Under the pieces are notes generated by a model that saw only the letters and a list, made by a program, of their open reading frames with translations, was not told the origin of the DNA and searched no databases. Shown one piece after another: positions 6,986-15,718 of a stretch of DNA of 64,000 nt (within the stretch, counting starts at the first letter, position 1; each line of letters begins with the position of its first letter). Both the position numbers and the translations under genes were made by a program. The DNA is from a virus (lineage: Duplodnaviria; Heunggongvirae; Uroviricota; Caudoviricetes): IMG/VR virus record IMGVR_UViG_3300020429_000539, positions 172,263 to 236,262 of that record; one strand, written 5' to 3'.

Positions 6986-8130
6986 ACGAGCCAAGGAAAC
7001 GAGGCACGCAACTGAGAGCTAACCAAGGAAACGAGGAAAGCTCAAAGTCGAATCGAAACTAAGGTCGCAAGACTAAGTTAAGATTCATCATCTTCAAACC
7101 AGAAATGGGATGAAGATGATTAGGAAAGCCAAGCTGCGAGGCCCATACTTTCCGACATATGCTGCGACCCAACCCTGCTTGCAGAAAGGGTCAAAAGCGC
7201 TAGGCTGAGCCAAATGCCAACCGGAAGGCGGGCATGTAACTCAAGACGCTCAACTCTTAGGTCTTGACCTGATTCTTGAGCGAGCGAGGAAGCGAAAGCA
7301 AAACTCGCCTAGAGCAGAAGGGCTTGAAACAGCCCCAAGCATGTGACCGAACCCACGCTCGACGCAGCGATGCGTAGAGAAATGGACGGTAACTGCTCAG
7401 CCAGTTTCGGCTGACTGAGTGGTTTAGAGCGGACTGAAAGGAAAGCTCGACTGCTAGAGGATGGCAAGCGGAATGCCCTATTCCAAAAGCAGATAGGCAA
7501 GCGCCGACGCGGATACCCGTCTTCGACCGCTGAGGATACTAGCCTATATTCTGCTGAGACGTAAAAAGCTCAGTAGGATTTAGACCAACCCGAAAGGGAG
7601 GTCGAGCCAGAAGGAAAGTCCATGCTTGGGCATGACGGCTACCTCTGGTATGTCAAAGCGAAGGACAGTTCCCAAGACTAGTCCCCAAGCTCACTGGCAT
7701 CAACCTGCTGGGTCTGAAAAAGCCCAGTAGGTTTTAGACCAAGGACGACCTGTAAAGGAAGCACCTAGTCGAGTAGACGGAGAGTCTCGAAGGCAACGGA
7801 GAGACAAACCGACATCTGGAGACTAAACTCATCGGTGACGATGAGGTAAACCTCCAAGGCAACATGAGTAACCTGTTCCCGCTTCGGCGAGAAAAAGATG
7901 CTCACGAGCCTCCAAGGAAGCGAAAGCAACACTTGGGATGGCGGAGAGGGCTTAGCCTCGGCAGCCCAAACCGATGCGTTCAAGAAGCAGGTCAGTAGAA
8001 ATACTGACACGAACCATTGAACAGGCAGCCCTGCGGGTAAAACCGTAGGGCTGTCTTCGTTTAACGACACAGGCACCTGACCTGTCCCAAAAACATTTCG
8101 GATGGCTTGCGGGTGAAATGTGGACGGCGT
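6986..8130 (+). ncRNA. ~1.1-kb highly structured RNA with RNase P-like core signatures in its 3' half
   Basis: No credible ORF; many GNRA/UUCG hairpins; duplicated modules with compensatory changes; GAAGGAAAGTCCATGC (7610), GGTAAACC (7845), CAAAAAC..ATGGCTT (8088-8108). Confidence 0.75.
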
Positions 8131-8217
8131 ATGATGGCGTCTTCCACATACGATTTCGCTACGAGATCGTGTGGCAGTCGCATCTTGTTCCGAGAACCCT
8201 TTTACGGAGAACCCCAA

Positions 8218-8730
8218 ATGGCTGATGAGCAGAACACCACGCCCGAGACCGAGGCCACCGAATCCACTGGACGGGCCACCGTCCCCGAGATCAACTCCAT
8301 CGAGGAACTCGGCGCGTACGTCGCCGAGTTGGAGGCCAACGAGACCGAGGGGCCGAGCGCCCGTGGCTACACCATCAACGGCGGCCTCCGTGCCGTGTCG
8401 CCGCTGTACTCCCTCTCGCCGAACGTCCTCCTCTCGATGGCGGGCTGCATCAACACGGCGCTCGCCACCCACATCAGCGAGGGAACCGAGGGCGCGCAGG
8501 AGGCTCTCGACCTCTCGATGGCGCACGCTCAGAACGCCGTCACCGTGACGCGCCACACCGCGCAGTTCAACAAGTTCCTCGACATGGCGATCGACCTCGG
8601 CTACGCCCCCGATGGCGCGAACACCGAGGCCCTGACCCACGAGCAGCAGGTCGCCACCGTCGATGCCTTCCTCGCCTCGCAGAAGGGCAAGGTCAACTCG
8701 TGGGCGGCGTGGCAGAAGGCCAACGCCTGA
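8218..8730 (+). CDS. hypothetical protein with highly biased codon usage
   Basis: SD GGAGA, CCACATA at 8144, terminator follows. Confidence 0.85.
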   Translation: MADEQNTTPETEATESTGRATVPEINSIEELGAYVAELEANETEGPSARGYTINGGLRAVSPLYSLSPNVLLSMAGCINTALATHISEGTEGAQEALDLSMAHAQNAVTVTRHTAQFNKFLDMAIDLGYAPDGANTEALTHEQQVATVDAFLASQKGKVNSWAAWQKANA

Positions 8731-8748
8731 ATCACGAACTCCCCCTCC

Positions 8749-8784
8749 GCAGCGTCGCCCTTTACGGGGCGGCGTTGCTTTTCA
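8749..8784 (+). terminator. intrinsic terminator
   Basis: gcagcgtcgccc/ggggcggcgttgc + T-tract. Confidence 0.8.
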
Positions 8785-8803
8785 TTTTCTTCGAGGATAT
8801 AAT
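8775..8803 (+). promoter_or_regulatory. sigma70 promoter giving a probably leaderless mRNA
   Basis: TTGCTT-N17-TATAAT, 6 nt before ATG 8810. Confidence 0.7.
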
Positions 8804-8809
8804 CTAGCT

Positions 8810-9628
8810 ATGGCTGGAAACCGAATCGGCATATCCGAGGCCCAAGCCCACCGTCTCATAGAAGCAGGACTAAACGCAGTACGAGTCCGCTCTCAACGCG
8901 ACGCCAATGGACATTTCCATTCGGGCACACTACTAGCACTGGTTGGGGACAAAGGGCAAGTAAAGCTCGCTTTCCATAAAGGCTCAGAACTAATACCCTT
9001 GCGCGATATTTTTCCATGGCGCAAGGGTAATCTGCTGCGCGGTTGTAAAGACATCAACGAACTTGACAAGATAGTTGGTAAGGACCAAGAGGAAGAAGCT
9101 GCTGTGTATTACGTCAACTATGACCGCAAGAACAGCTTGGTATGGTGTGGAACGACAAAGGGATGGACTCAACATCTTGTTCATGCCAAGTTATATCAAA
9201 GCCCAGGTCGCGCAAGCCAAGGCATGACGCGCGTTCTTAACCAAGACCGCTGGGCCAACATCTGCGACCGTAAGGATATCGACCAGATTCCCTACGAAGA
9301 GGCCGAAGAGCTTTTGGGAACCCTCTTCGCTCAGAAGGCTGAGCAGCAGAAGCCCAAGGCAGAAGAGCCTAAGAAGCAAGCCGCGCCCGCTGAGCCCACC
9401 AAGAAGGCCGAGGCTCCGACCAAGAAGGATGAAGCTCCGACCAAGAAGGCTGAAGCTCCGACCAAGCCTGACAAGGCCGATGACCTCATCAATCGTCTTC
9501 TCCGCACCAAGAAGGATGTCCAGGACGCTCGCGAAATGCTCGTGCTGGCTCAGTCTGAGTTCGAGCAGACGTTGGCCGAGCTTCAGCGTACGATGGGCAA
9601 CGAGACGGCTCAGGCACTCTCGACCTGA
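8810..9628 (+). CDS. hypothetical protein with PTKK(A/D)EA repeats and C-terminal coiled coil
   Basis: 272-aa ORF; 21-nt tandem repeats 9395-9466. Confidence 0.8.
   Translation: MAGNRIGISEAQAHRLIEAGLNAVRVRSQRDANGHFHSGTLLALVGDKGQVKLAFHKGSELIPLRDIFPWRKGNLLRGCKDINELDKIVGKDQEEEAAVYYVNYDRKNSLVWCGTTKGWTQHLVHAKLYQSPGRASQGMTRVLNQDRWANICDRKDIDQIPYEEAEELLGTLFAQKAEQQKPKAEEPKKQAAPAEPTKKAEAPTKKDEAPTKKAEAPTKPDKADDLINRLLRTKKDVQDAREMLVLAQSEFEQTLAELQRTMGNETAQALST
9395..9466 (+). repeat. ~3.4 x 21-nt in-frame tandem repeat
   Basis: cc(c/g)accaagaagg(cc/at/ct)ga(g/a)gct. Confidence 0.9.
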
Positions 9629-9661
9629 CCCACATACGTTCCGAGCTTCGTGCTGAAGAGC

Positions 9662-10249
9662 ATGAGCAACACACCGAACGTCGTGAACTACGGCCAAGAC
9701 TGCGACGCCATCAAGCTGGCGCTGCGGTCTGGCGAGCAGCGAGCCAAGGGCAACCCCGAGACCGCTGACCGCCTCCTTGTTGAGGCCCGAGCCGCTCTGT
9801 CTTCCGAGTTCGAGCCTCGCGAGGGCGACCCTCCGATGACCGAGTTCAAGCTGGCTAGCGATTCGATCGCTGCCACGCATCGTCGCTACATCAACAACCT
9901 CTACTCGGCCACGGTCTCGCCTCCGATGGATTTTCCAGGCGTGCCGTGCAAGGTTATCCACATCAGCATCTCGCGAATCGACCGCTCGAACTACATCCCG
10001 TGGCGGCACAAGCAGATCATCAAGAACAAGCTCATCGGCCCGACGCACGAGGCGGCTGAACTTTTCCCCTCTCGTGACCGCGTGATCGATGGCGCGAACC
10101 AGTTCCATCTGTGGGCTCTGGCTGACAGTAATGTCAGCTTCCCGTTTGGCTACCTCGGTGAGCGAGATGTCCTCGACCAAGAAGAGGCGAGGCGAGATGT
10201 CCCAGGCGTTCATCAGGCACCTTTCGTGGACGACCCCGAAGAGCTTTGA
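9662..10249 (+). CDS. conserved phage protein (HISISR...W...IKN.L.G...EA.ELFP....ID.ANQFHLW family)
   Basis: Recognisable phage family motif; ATG 25 nt after CCACATA. Confidence 0.75.
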   Translation: MSNTPNVVNYGQDCDAIKLALRSGEQRAKGNPETADRLLVEARAALSSEFEPREGDPPMTEFKLASDSIAATHRRYINNLYSATVSPPMDFPGVPCKVIHISISRIDRSNYIPWRHKQIIKNKLIGPTHEAAELFPSRDRVIDGANQFHLWALADSNVSFPFGYLGERDVLDQEEARRDVPGVHQAPFVDDPEEL

Positions 10250-10282
10250 CCCACATACGTTTCGCGAAGAAAGACGACGACC

Positions 10283-10678
10283 ATGAACAGCGAACTGTCC
10301 CAAATCATTCAGAGTCTTCTCGATTCCGAGAGCAATGAGGGCTGCTCTGATGACCTCACCGTTGTCAGCAGCGAGCCCATCGCCAAGCTCCGCGAACTGA
10401 TGGAGCAGCGCAACCTCTATGCCAAGAGGGACAGCAGCGGCCCCTACGAGGACCACCGCCGAGAGGTCGGCAACATGGGCGCTGGCAAGATGTGGGTTGT
10501 CAGATGGTCTTGCGACTTCGAGACCCGCATCAAGCTCGACCCCGATTCGACCGAGCAGGATGCCCGTGACATGGCGTGCGAACTCGACATCCCCGAGGGC
10601 ACAGCCGTCTACGTCGATGAGACGTTCGACATCCGCGAAATCGAAACCGAAGCCGACTACAAGGAGAAGTACGGATGA
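10283..10678 (+). CDS. hypothetical protein
   Basis: ATG 25 nt after CCACATA. Confidence 0.8.
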   Translation: MNSELSQIIQSLLDSESNEGCSDDLTVVSSEPIAKLRELMEQRNLYAKRDSSGPYEDHRREVGNMGAGKMWVVRWSCDFETRIKLDPDSTEQDARDMACELDIPEGTAVYVDETFDIREIETEADYKEKYG

Positions 10679-11028
10679 GAACTGTGACCGCAAACGCTCA
10701 GTTCACCGCCGACGACATCGAGTTCTGGAACCATGCTCTTCAGCACAAGGGGCGCATGAGCGACCAGCCGGATGTCATCGACAAGAAGACGGCAAACTTC
10801 GGCGGAGGCGTCGAGGTCGATATCAAGCTCTGCAACACCGATGGCACGGACGATAACAACGCGGGCGATGCTTCGACCCCGTATCTCGACATCGTTCTCT
10901 TCATCGACGGCTGCGAGGCCGGATGTCTTGAGCCGCGATTCTTCGCCATCGACAACGGCTACGAGTTCGACTTCGGCGAAGTTGATGACTGCAACTTCCG
11001 CGCCGTGGCTAAGGTCGAGGTCGTCTGA
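10675..11028 (+). CDS. hypothetical protein
   Basis: ATGA-coupled. Confidence 0.8.
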   Translation: MRTVTANAQFTADDIEFWNHALQHKGRMSDQPDVIDKKTANFGGGVEVDIKLCNTDGTDDNNAGDASTPYLDIVLFIDGCEAGCLEPRFFAIDNGYEFDFGEVDDCNFRAVAKVEVV

Positions 11029-11044
11029 AGTCGATAAGACCTAG

Positions 11045-11335
11045 ATGGAACTGGTAGAACATCTCAGGCACTTGGAATCCACCCTCCCCGAGGGGGTGGA
11101 TATTTCTGCGCGGATAAAGAAAATCGAGCTTGCAGAAAAGATGGGTGCAAGCACCTTCGAGCTTCTGATGCAGCTACTCCTCGACTTCGAGCCCATACGC
11201 ATCGAGAACCCCACCAAATACGACGAAATCCGACAGTTTCTCGCTCAACTCGGCGAACATCTCGAAGGGAAGCAACGATTCGTCTGGGAGAGGATTTTCC
11301 CACATACGGAAGAGGGCTCCGATGATGAGGCATGA
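11045..11335 (+). CDS. hypothetical protein
   Basis: 96 aa; contains both AGATGGGTGC (11139) and CCACATA (11300). Confidence 0.65.
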   Translation: MELVEHLRHLESTLPEGVDISARIKKIELAEKMGASTFELLMQLLLDFEPIRIENPTKYDEIRQFLAQLGEHLEGKQRFVWERIFPHTEEGSDDEA

Positions 11336-11535
11336 GTAATATCCAAGGCAGAACAATCGAAACCGTGCGCCCTATGACCCCCGACGAGCAAGATGTCGAG
11401 GGCTGGAGCCGTCCCGCCATAGTCATCGTTCTCGACGACGGAACCAAGATTTATCCGTCACGAGACCAAGAGGGCAACGGACCCGGAGCCATCTTCGGCG
11501 TCAGCGCTGCGGGAGAAACTTTCGGTCTCGCATAG
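11332..11535 (+). CDS. hypothetical phage protein
   Basis: ATG 25 nt after CCACATA. Confidence 0.8.
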   Translation: MSNIQGRTIETVRPMTPDEQDVEGWSRPAIVIVLDDGTKIYPSRDQEGNGPGAIFGVSAAGETFGLA

Positions 11536-11630
11536 TCCTTACGAACCCGAATCGGCGTCGGAACCAGAAAAGAAACCCGAACAGGCAAAAGCCGCTTGCC
11601 ACATACGCAGGCGACGCTTAGTCTTTTCGT

Positions 11631-11909
11631 ATGAACACAACACTTCCCATTCCGAACATTGGTCAGCGAGTCCGCTTTGTCCGCTCCGATTGGGGCGACG
11701 CAGGCATGAACATGCCGGTGGGCGCTGAGGGCAAAGTCATCGAGGCGAACGAGGACCGCATCACCCTCGAAATGGACGACCAGTGGCGAGAGAACACCGA
11801 GGACGGCGCGTGGGCTTTCTACCCCGAGTGTGGACCCGTGCCACATACGAATGGGTTCGACATGACACCCATCGAACAGTTCCACTTCCTCTGCGATTAC
11901 ATCAGTTAG
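11631..11909 (+). CDS. hypothetical protein (SH3-like beta pattern)
   Basis: IGQRVRFV...GAEGKVIE; ATG 25 nt after CCACATA, no SD. Confidence 0.75.
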   Translation: MNTTLPIPNIGQRVRFVRSDWGDAGMNMPVGAEGKVIEANEDRITLEMDDQWRENTEDGAWAFYPECGPVPHTNGFDMTPIEQFHFLCDYIS

Positions 11910-11919
11910 GAGACGCAAT

Positions 11920-12444
11920 ATGCCCTGTCGAAGCGACCACATGGAAGCCCAGCCCCGCGAAATCGAATCGCGTGCTGTTGCCAAGCACCTCGTCTATCTC
12001 ATCCCAATCGTGGGACACCCTACTGCGGGTCGCAACATCCCTGACGATATCCGCCACGCATCTACCAACTACTACGGCAATCGCGACAAACTCGACGAAT
12101 GGACCGCGCTGCTGTGCCGCATGTGCAAGGTTCTCGAATCGGATGAAGAGCGGGCAGATGAGTACCTGTGGGATGGGCGAAACAAGGATGCCCGCGCACT
12201 CGCCGATTGGTGGGAGCGTCACAAAGAGTTTGACCGCCAGCGCGAAGCGGAAGAGAACAAGGAAGACCTCAAGCTCAAGGCGCTCTCTGTTCTTGTTCAG
12301 GCGCTGTCGCAGACCGACTTCGGTGTGTCGGACGCCACATACGATGGCGACAACGACTCGGGCTCTCTCATCTTCAAGCTCGATGGCATGGAGATTCTGA
12401 TCCGAAGCCGAGATGTCCAAGTCTCAGAATGGAAGGACGACTAA
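11920..12444 (+). CDS. hypothetical protein
   Basis: 174-aa ORF. Confidence 0.75.
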   Translation: MPCRSDHMEAQPREIESRAVAKHLVYLIPIVGHPTAGRNIPDDIRHASTNYYGNRDKLDEWTALLCRMCKVLESDEERADEYLWDGRNKDARALADWWERHKEFDRQREAEENKEDLKLKALSVLVQALSQTDFGVSDATYDGDNDSGSLIFKLDGMEILIRSRDVQVSEWKDD

Positions 12445-12719
12445 TGCCCGACCGCAAGGTTTACGCGAAAGTCAAGGGGACCATCAACATCCCCGTCATG
12501 TGCGAGAAGGAAGTCATCGTGCGCGTTGACGAGGGCGGAGATGTTGACGCCGCCATCCGCGCAGCAGCCAACGGCGAGACTGGTGGAGACTACTGGGACC
12601 TGGTGGACGACGGCTCTCCCGAAATCATCGAAGAACTCGACGCCATCGACGCGACGCTCTCGTGCGTGGACCCTGACATCGCCAACTGCACGAGCGTCGA
12701 GATCACGGACTCGAAATGA
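12444..12719 (+). CDS. hypothetical protein
   Basis: TAATG coupling. Confidence 0.75.
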   Translation: MPDRKVYAKVKGTINIPVMCEKEVIVRVDEGGDVDAAIRAAANGETGGDYWDLVDDGSPEIIEELDAIDATLSCVDPDIANCTSVEITDSK

Positions 12720-12733
12720 AAGAGGGATGACCG

Positions 12734-12952
12734 ATGCCGAAGAAAGAAAAGGGCGGTGACGACGGCATTTCACTGCGCCTCGGCATCAAGATGTTCGCGG
12801 CATTTCAGCCGGGCACTTCTAGGGTGCTGAACTCTTACGAAGGGCCAATCATCGCGCGGTCGAAAGATTGCGTACAGCGAGAACTTCGTTGTTCTCAAAT
12901 CACTGAAGCCGAAATTCGTGCTGTTCGCCTCATGCCAATGGACGGCGAGTAA
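12734..12952 (+). CDS. hypothetical protein
   Basis: 72-aa ORF, SD AGGGA. Confidence 0.6.
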   Translation: MPKKEKGGDDGISLRLGIKMFAAFQPGTSRVLNSYEGPIIARSKDCVQRELRCSQITEAEIRAVRLMPMDGE

Positions 12953-12985
12953 GCCACATAGCACTGCGCACAGGCACCGTACCGC

Positions 12986-13219
12986 ATGAAGCGAAACACC
13001 TGGACATATCGCGGTTGCACCATCACGCCTGAGTCTGGCGATATCCGTTACTTCGGACACGCCGACTACACGCCTGGCTCGCGTCTTCCTCTCTACCGCA
13101 CGACTTGGTGGAAGGTGACGTTCCCTGACAATACCTGGATTTACTGCGGCACAAAGAGAGACTGCCGCGAGTATATTGATGACCCGCGCAACCGCCACCG
13201 TGGATTGGAGGCAGCATGA
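12986..13219 (+). CDS. hypothetical protein
   Basis: ATG 25 nt after CCACATA. Confidence 0.8.
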   Translation: MKRNTWTYRGCTITPESGDIRYFGHADYTPGSRLPLYRTTWWKVTFPDNTWIYCGTKRDCREYIDDPRNRHRGLEAA

Positions 13220-13692
13220 AGATGACGCGCCCACAGCTTATTGATGCCATCGAACTTCTGCTCTCGTGCTGCATCTCGAAGCTGACTGACCACTTCCCCG
13301 ATTCGTTCGATGTTTCCGAGCGACAGAGGATGACTGGCGGCAGCGCCACCGACTTGAGCGAATACGAACGAGGCATCATTCAGCAGACCATCTGGTCTAT
13401 CGCCTGCCTCACGGCACAGACCATTGATGACGGCATCGGCGAAGGCGACGCGGATGACATGCTTGGGAGGTTCAGCGAGAAGTGCGCCAAGTTCGTGAAG
13501 GCGAACTGGGAAGGATACGGGCACCCTTATCGGGCTCGTATGAAGGAAGCCATGAATCAGTTGGGCGGCGCAAGCTACCGTGTGTTCTGCCTCAACCACC
13601 CCGATGCGAGGGATATGGCCGAAAAGTTCGTGGACATGCTCGAAGATGTCGAGTTCCCACATAGCATTGTGGACGAGGCACAGAAAGCATGA
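13216..13692 (+). CDS. hypothetical protein
   Basis: ATGA-coupled, SD GGAGG. Confidence 0.8.
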   Translation: MKMTRPQLIDAIELLLSCCISKLTDHFPDSFDVSERQRMTGGSATDLSEYERGIIQQTIWSIACLTAQTIDDGIGEGDADDMLGRFSEKCAKFVKANWEGYGHPYRARMKEAMNQLGGASYRVFCLNHPDARDMAEKFVDMLEDVEFPHSIVDEAQKA

Positions 13693-13991
13693 GCAATCTC
13701 CGACGAACATCTCGACAGACCACCGCGCCGGCACGGACAGGCGACCGATACCTTTACGGGTTCACGATTCCGAACAGCGCAGGCACCGCCAACTACAGGA
13801 TCAGTTTCGATGCTGCGCCTGGCGCGATGTATTGGACCTGTTCTTGCCGAGGCTGCATCGCTCATGGTCAATGCAAGCACCTTACGGCTGCCGGGCTGCA
13901 AGGCCGCAAGTTCGGCGCGCAGTCGCTTCCGACCCCCAATCAAGGCCGTCGCGCTCAGAGCAACGGTCGCGCTCTTCCGGCGGGAGGCTGA
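13689..13991 (+). CDS. SWIM-type zinc finger protein
   Basis: WTCSCRG....GQCKHL (CxC..CxH). Confidence 0.75.
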   Translation: MSNLRRTSRQTTAPARTGDRYLYGFTIPNSAGTANYRISFDAAPGAMYWTCSCRGCIAHGQCKHLTAAGLQGRKFGAQSLPTPNQGRRAQSNGRALPAGG

Positions 13992-13993
13992 AC

Positions 13994-14323
13994 ATGGGTA
14001 TCTTCGATGACGACAACTACAACGCTGACCGCTACGGCGTCCCCACTCGCGCTGGCACGCCTGATGACTGGAAGGCTGCCTACGAAGACCGCATGGGTCG
14101 TGACCAGTACGAAGAGGTTCTTGGTTCGACCAAGACGGCACAAAGCCGCGAGCAGGAAGCAATCGCTATCCTCGAAATCACCGAGACGACCATCGTTGAG
14201 GGCGTGATCAAGCGGAGCTACCGCAAGCTCGCAATGAAGGTTCACCCTGACCACGGCGGCACACAAGAGGCGTTCGAACGAGTCCAAGCCGCCTACTCGC
14301 TGCTGATGGACCTTTACGGGTGA
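13994..14323 (+). CDS. J-domain (DnaJ-like) protein
   Basis: IKRSYRKLAMKVHPDHGGTQEAFERVQAAY, HPD motif; SD GGAGG. Confidence 0.9.
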   Translation: MGIFDDDNYNADRYGVPTRAGTPDDWKAAYEDRMGRDQYEEVLGSTKTAQSREQEAIAILEITETTIVEGVIKRSYRKLAMKVHPDHGGTQEAFERVQAAYSLLMDLYG

Positions 14324-14350
14324 ATAGCACTGATTGGGTATCATACGGCC

Positions 14351-15049
14351 ATGAACGAAGCTCTCTTTAAAGGCGTCATTGAACTTGTCGAGAACGGCTG
14401 CGAAATCCGCAATGCTGACGACGTTCGCAACGCGGTACTCGAAGCACATGCCGCTGGCGTCAAGGCCATTGAGAGCGGCATCAAAAACGTGCTGCCGATG
14501 AAGTTCCTCTTCCTGACGCAATCAGGACCGAGCCTCACGTTCACGCCCACACCTGAACTGTTTCCTCTCAAAGAAATGATTGGGATGTTCCTTCCGACGA
14601 TCATGAGGGGGCGACCTGATATCACTGCCGTCGTGCAGTTGTCAGAAGCAACGGCTTGCATCGCTGAAGGCTTGGCGCAGAAGGCAACGCTTGAGAAAGC
14701 GATGGCTGAGGGCAGGCAACTGAGCGACCTGAATCTCGGCAAAGATGTCGTGATTGCGGCAGGCACCTGTCGCTTTGGCGATCAGCGATTTACTTTCACG
14801 CGCATGACGGAAGTGGTCGGCGAGTTCCCGAACCGTCGCGCTGTCAACGACCTCATTGAGGGTGGGGACTGGTGCGACCAGTCGGATGGATTGTTCGTTC
14901 CGCCGATGGAACTGTTTCTGCCTATGGAAGGCGAGAAGCCCAAGATCGATGAGAAGATGGGCGGTCTCGTCAACAATCCCGAGCGAGGTAGAACCCACCT
15001 GCCTCACGCTGGCGGTAAGCCACATACGGCCCGCGACTGGCAGACGTAG
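14351..15049 (+). CDS. hypothetical protein
   Basis: 232-aa ORF. Confidence 0.75.
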   Translation: MNEALFKGVIELVENGCEIRNADDVRNAVLEAHAAGVKAIESGIKNVLPMKFLFLTQSGPSLTFTPTPELFPLKEMIGMFLPTIMRGRPDITAVVQLSEATACIAEGLAQKATLEKAMAEGRQLSDLNLGKDVVIAAGTCRFGDQRFTFTRMTEVVGEFPNRRAVNDLIEGGDWCDQSDGLFVPPMELFLPMEGEKPKIDEKMGGLVNNPERGRTHLPHAGGKPHTARDWQT

Positions 15050-15052
15050 GGC

Positions 15053-15556
15053 ATGAACCTCGAACAACTCATCAAAGCGTTCCGTCTCGTTCGTGCTGAC
15101 AGCGGCAAGGAAGAGGCGGTTTGTTATTTGCGAGACATGGGCTGCGGACCTGCTGTTATCGGCGTCATCGTTGAGAACGACGGCGACCGTGACGCATGGG
15201 AGGTCCGATTTGTAGCACCGCGCTACGAAGACCCTCGCTACGCAATCATCACAGCTATCGTAACCAATCCAGACCTCAAGGAAGAGACAAACTTCCTGGC
15301 TGAGCTTCGCCGCGCGGTAACGGAGTGGGTCAAAACGACCGAAGATGGGCGAGCCTGTTACGAATACGCGGGCGGAGACCTCAACATCGGCGACCTGCTT
15401 TCGCATGGCGGAGTTGAGGATGTCGTGGCGCTGATGCCGGATGTCGTGAGCCTCGACCTCGACCAGATCGGAGCCATCCGCAGCGGCGACTGGACCTACG
15501 ATACAACTCTCGTGAACGGGGATGAACTCGATGACACCGAAGGAAGCCAGGGCTAA
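15053..15556 (+). CDS. hypothetical protein
   Basis: ATG 26 nt after CCACATA. Confidence 0.8.
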   Translation: MNLEQLIKAFRLVRADSGKEEAVCYLRDMGCGPAVIGVIVENDGDRDAWEVRFVAPRYEDPRYAIITAIVTNPDLKEETNFLAELRRAVTEWVKTTEDGRACYEYAGGDLNIGDLLSHGGVEDVVALMPDVVSLDLDQIGAIRSGDWTYDTTLVNGDELDDTEGSQG

Positions 15557-15718
15557 TGCAGCCCGTGACCAAGCGTGGGCCGCTCTTCGTGAAAAGCATT
15601 CTGACATCGATCGCATTATCAGAGATGGCCCGTCTTCTGAACGAGACATGCTGATCGTCAAGCAATGCATGCTCGTCGTGGCTGGCGACCTCGCAATGAA
15701 TGCTGCGCAAGGATAACC

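Noticed and set aside
6986-8130. Group II intron, hammerhead or rRNA identity for the large RNA
   Set aside because: No GUGYG 5' end/domain V, no CUGAUGA/GAAA core, no rRNA signature seen
9191-10693. Long minus-strand ORFs (e.g. 500 aa at 9191-10693, 435 aa at 14642-15949, 291 aa at 7765-8640)
   Set aside because: Antisense shadows of GC-rich, C-ending-codon plus-strand genes; no RBS or motifs
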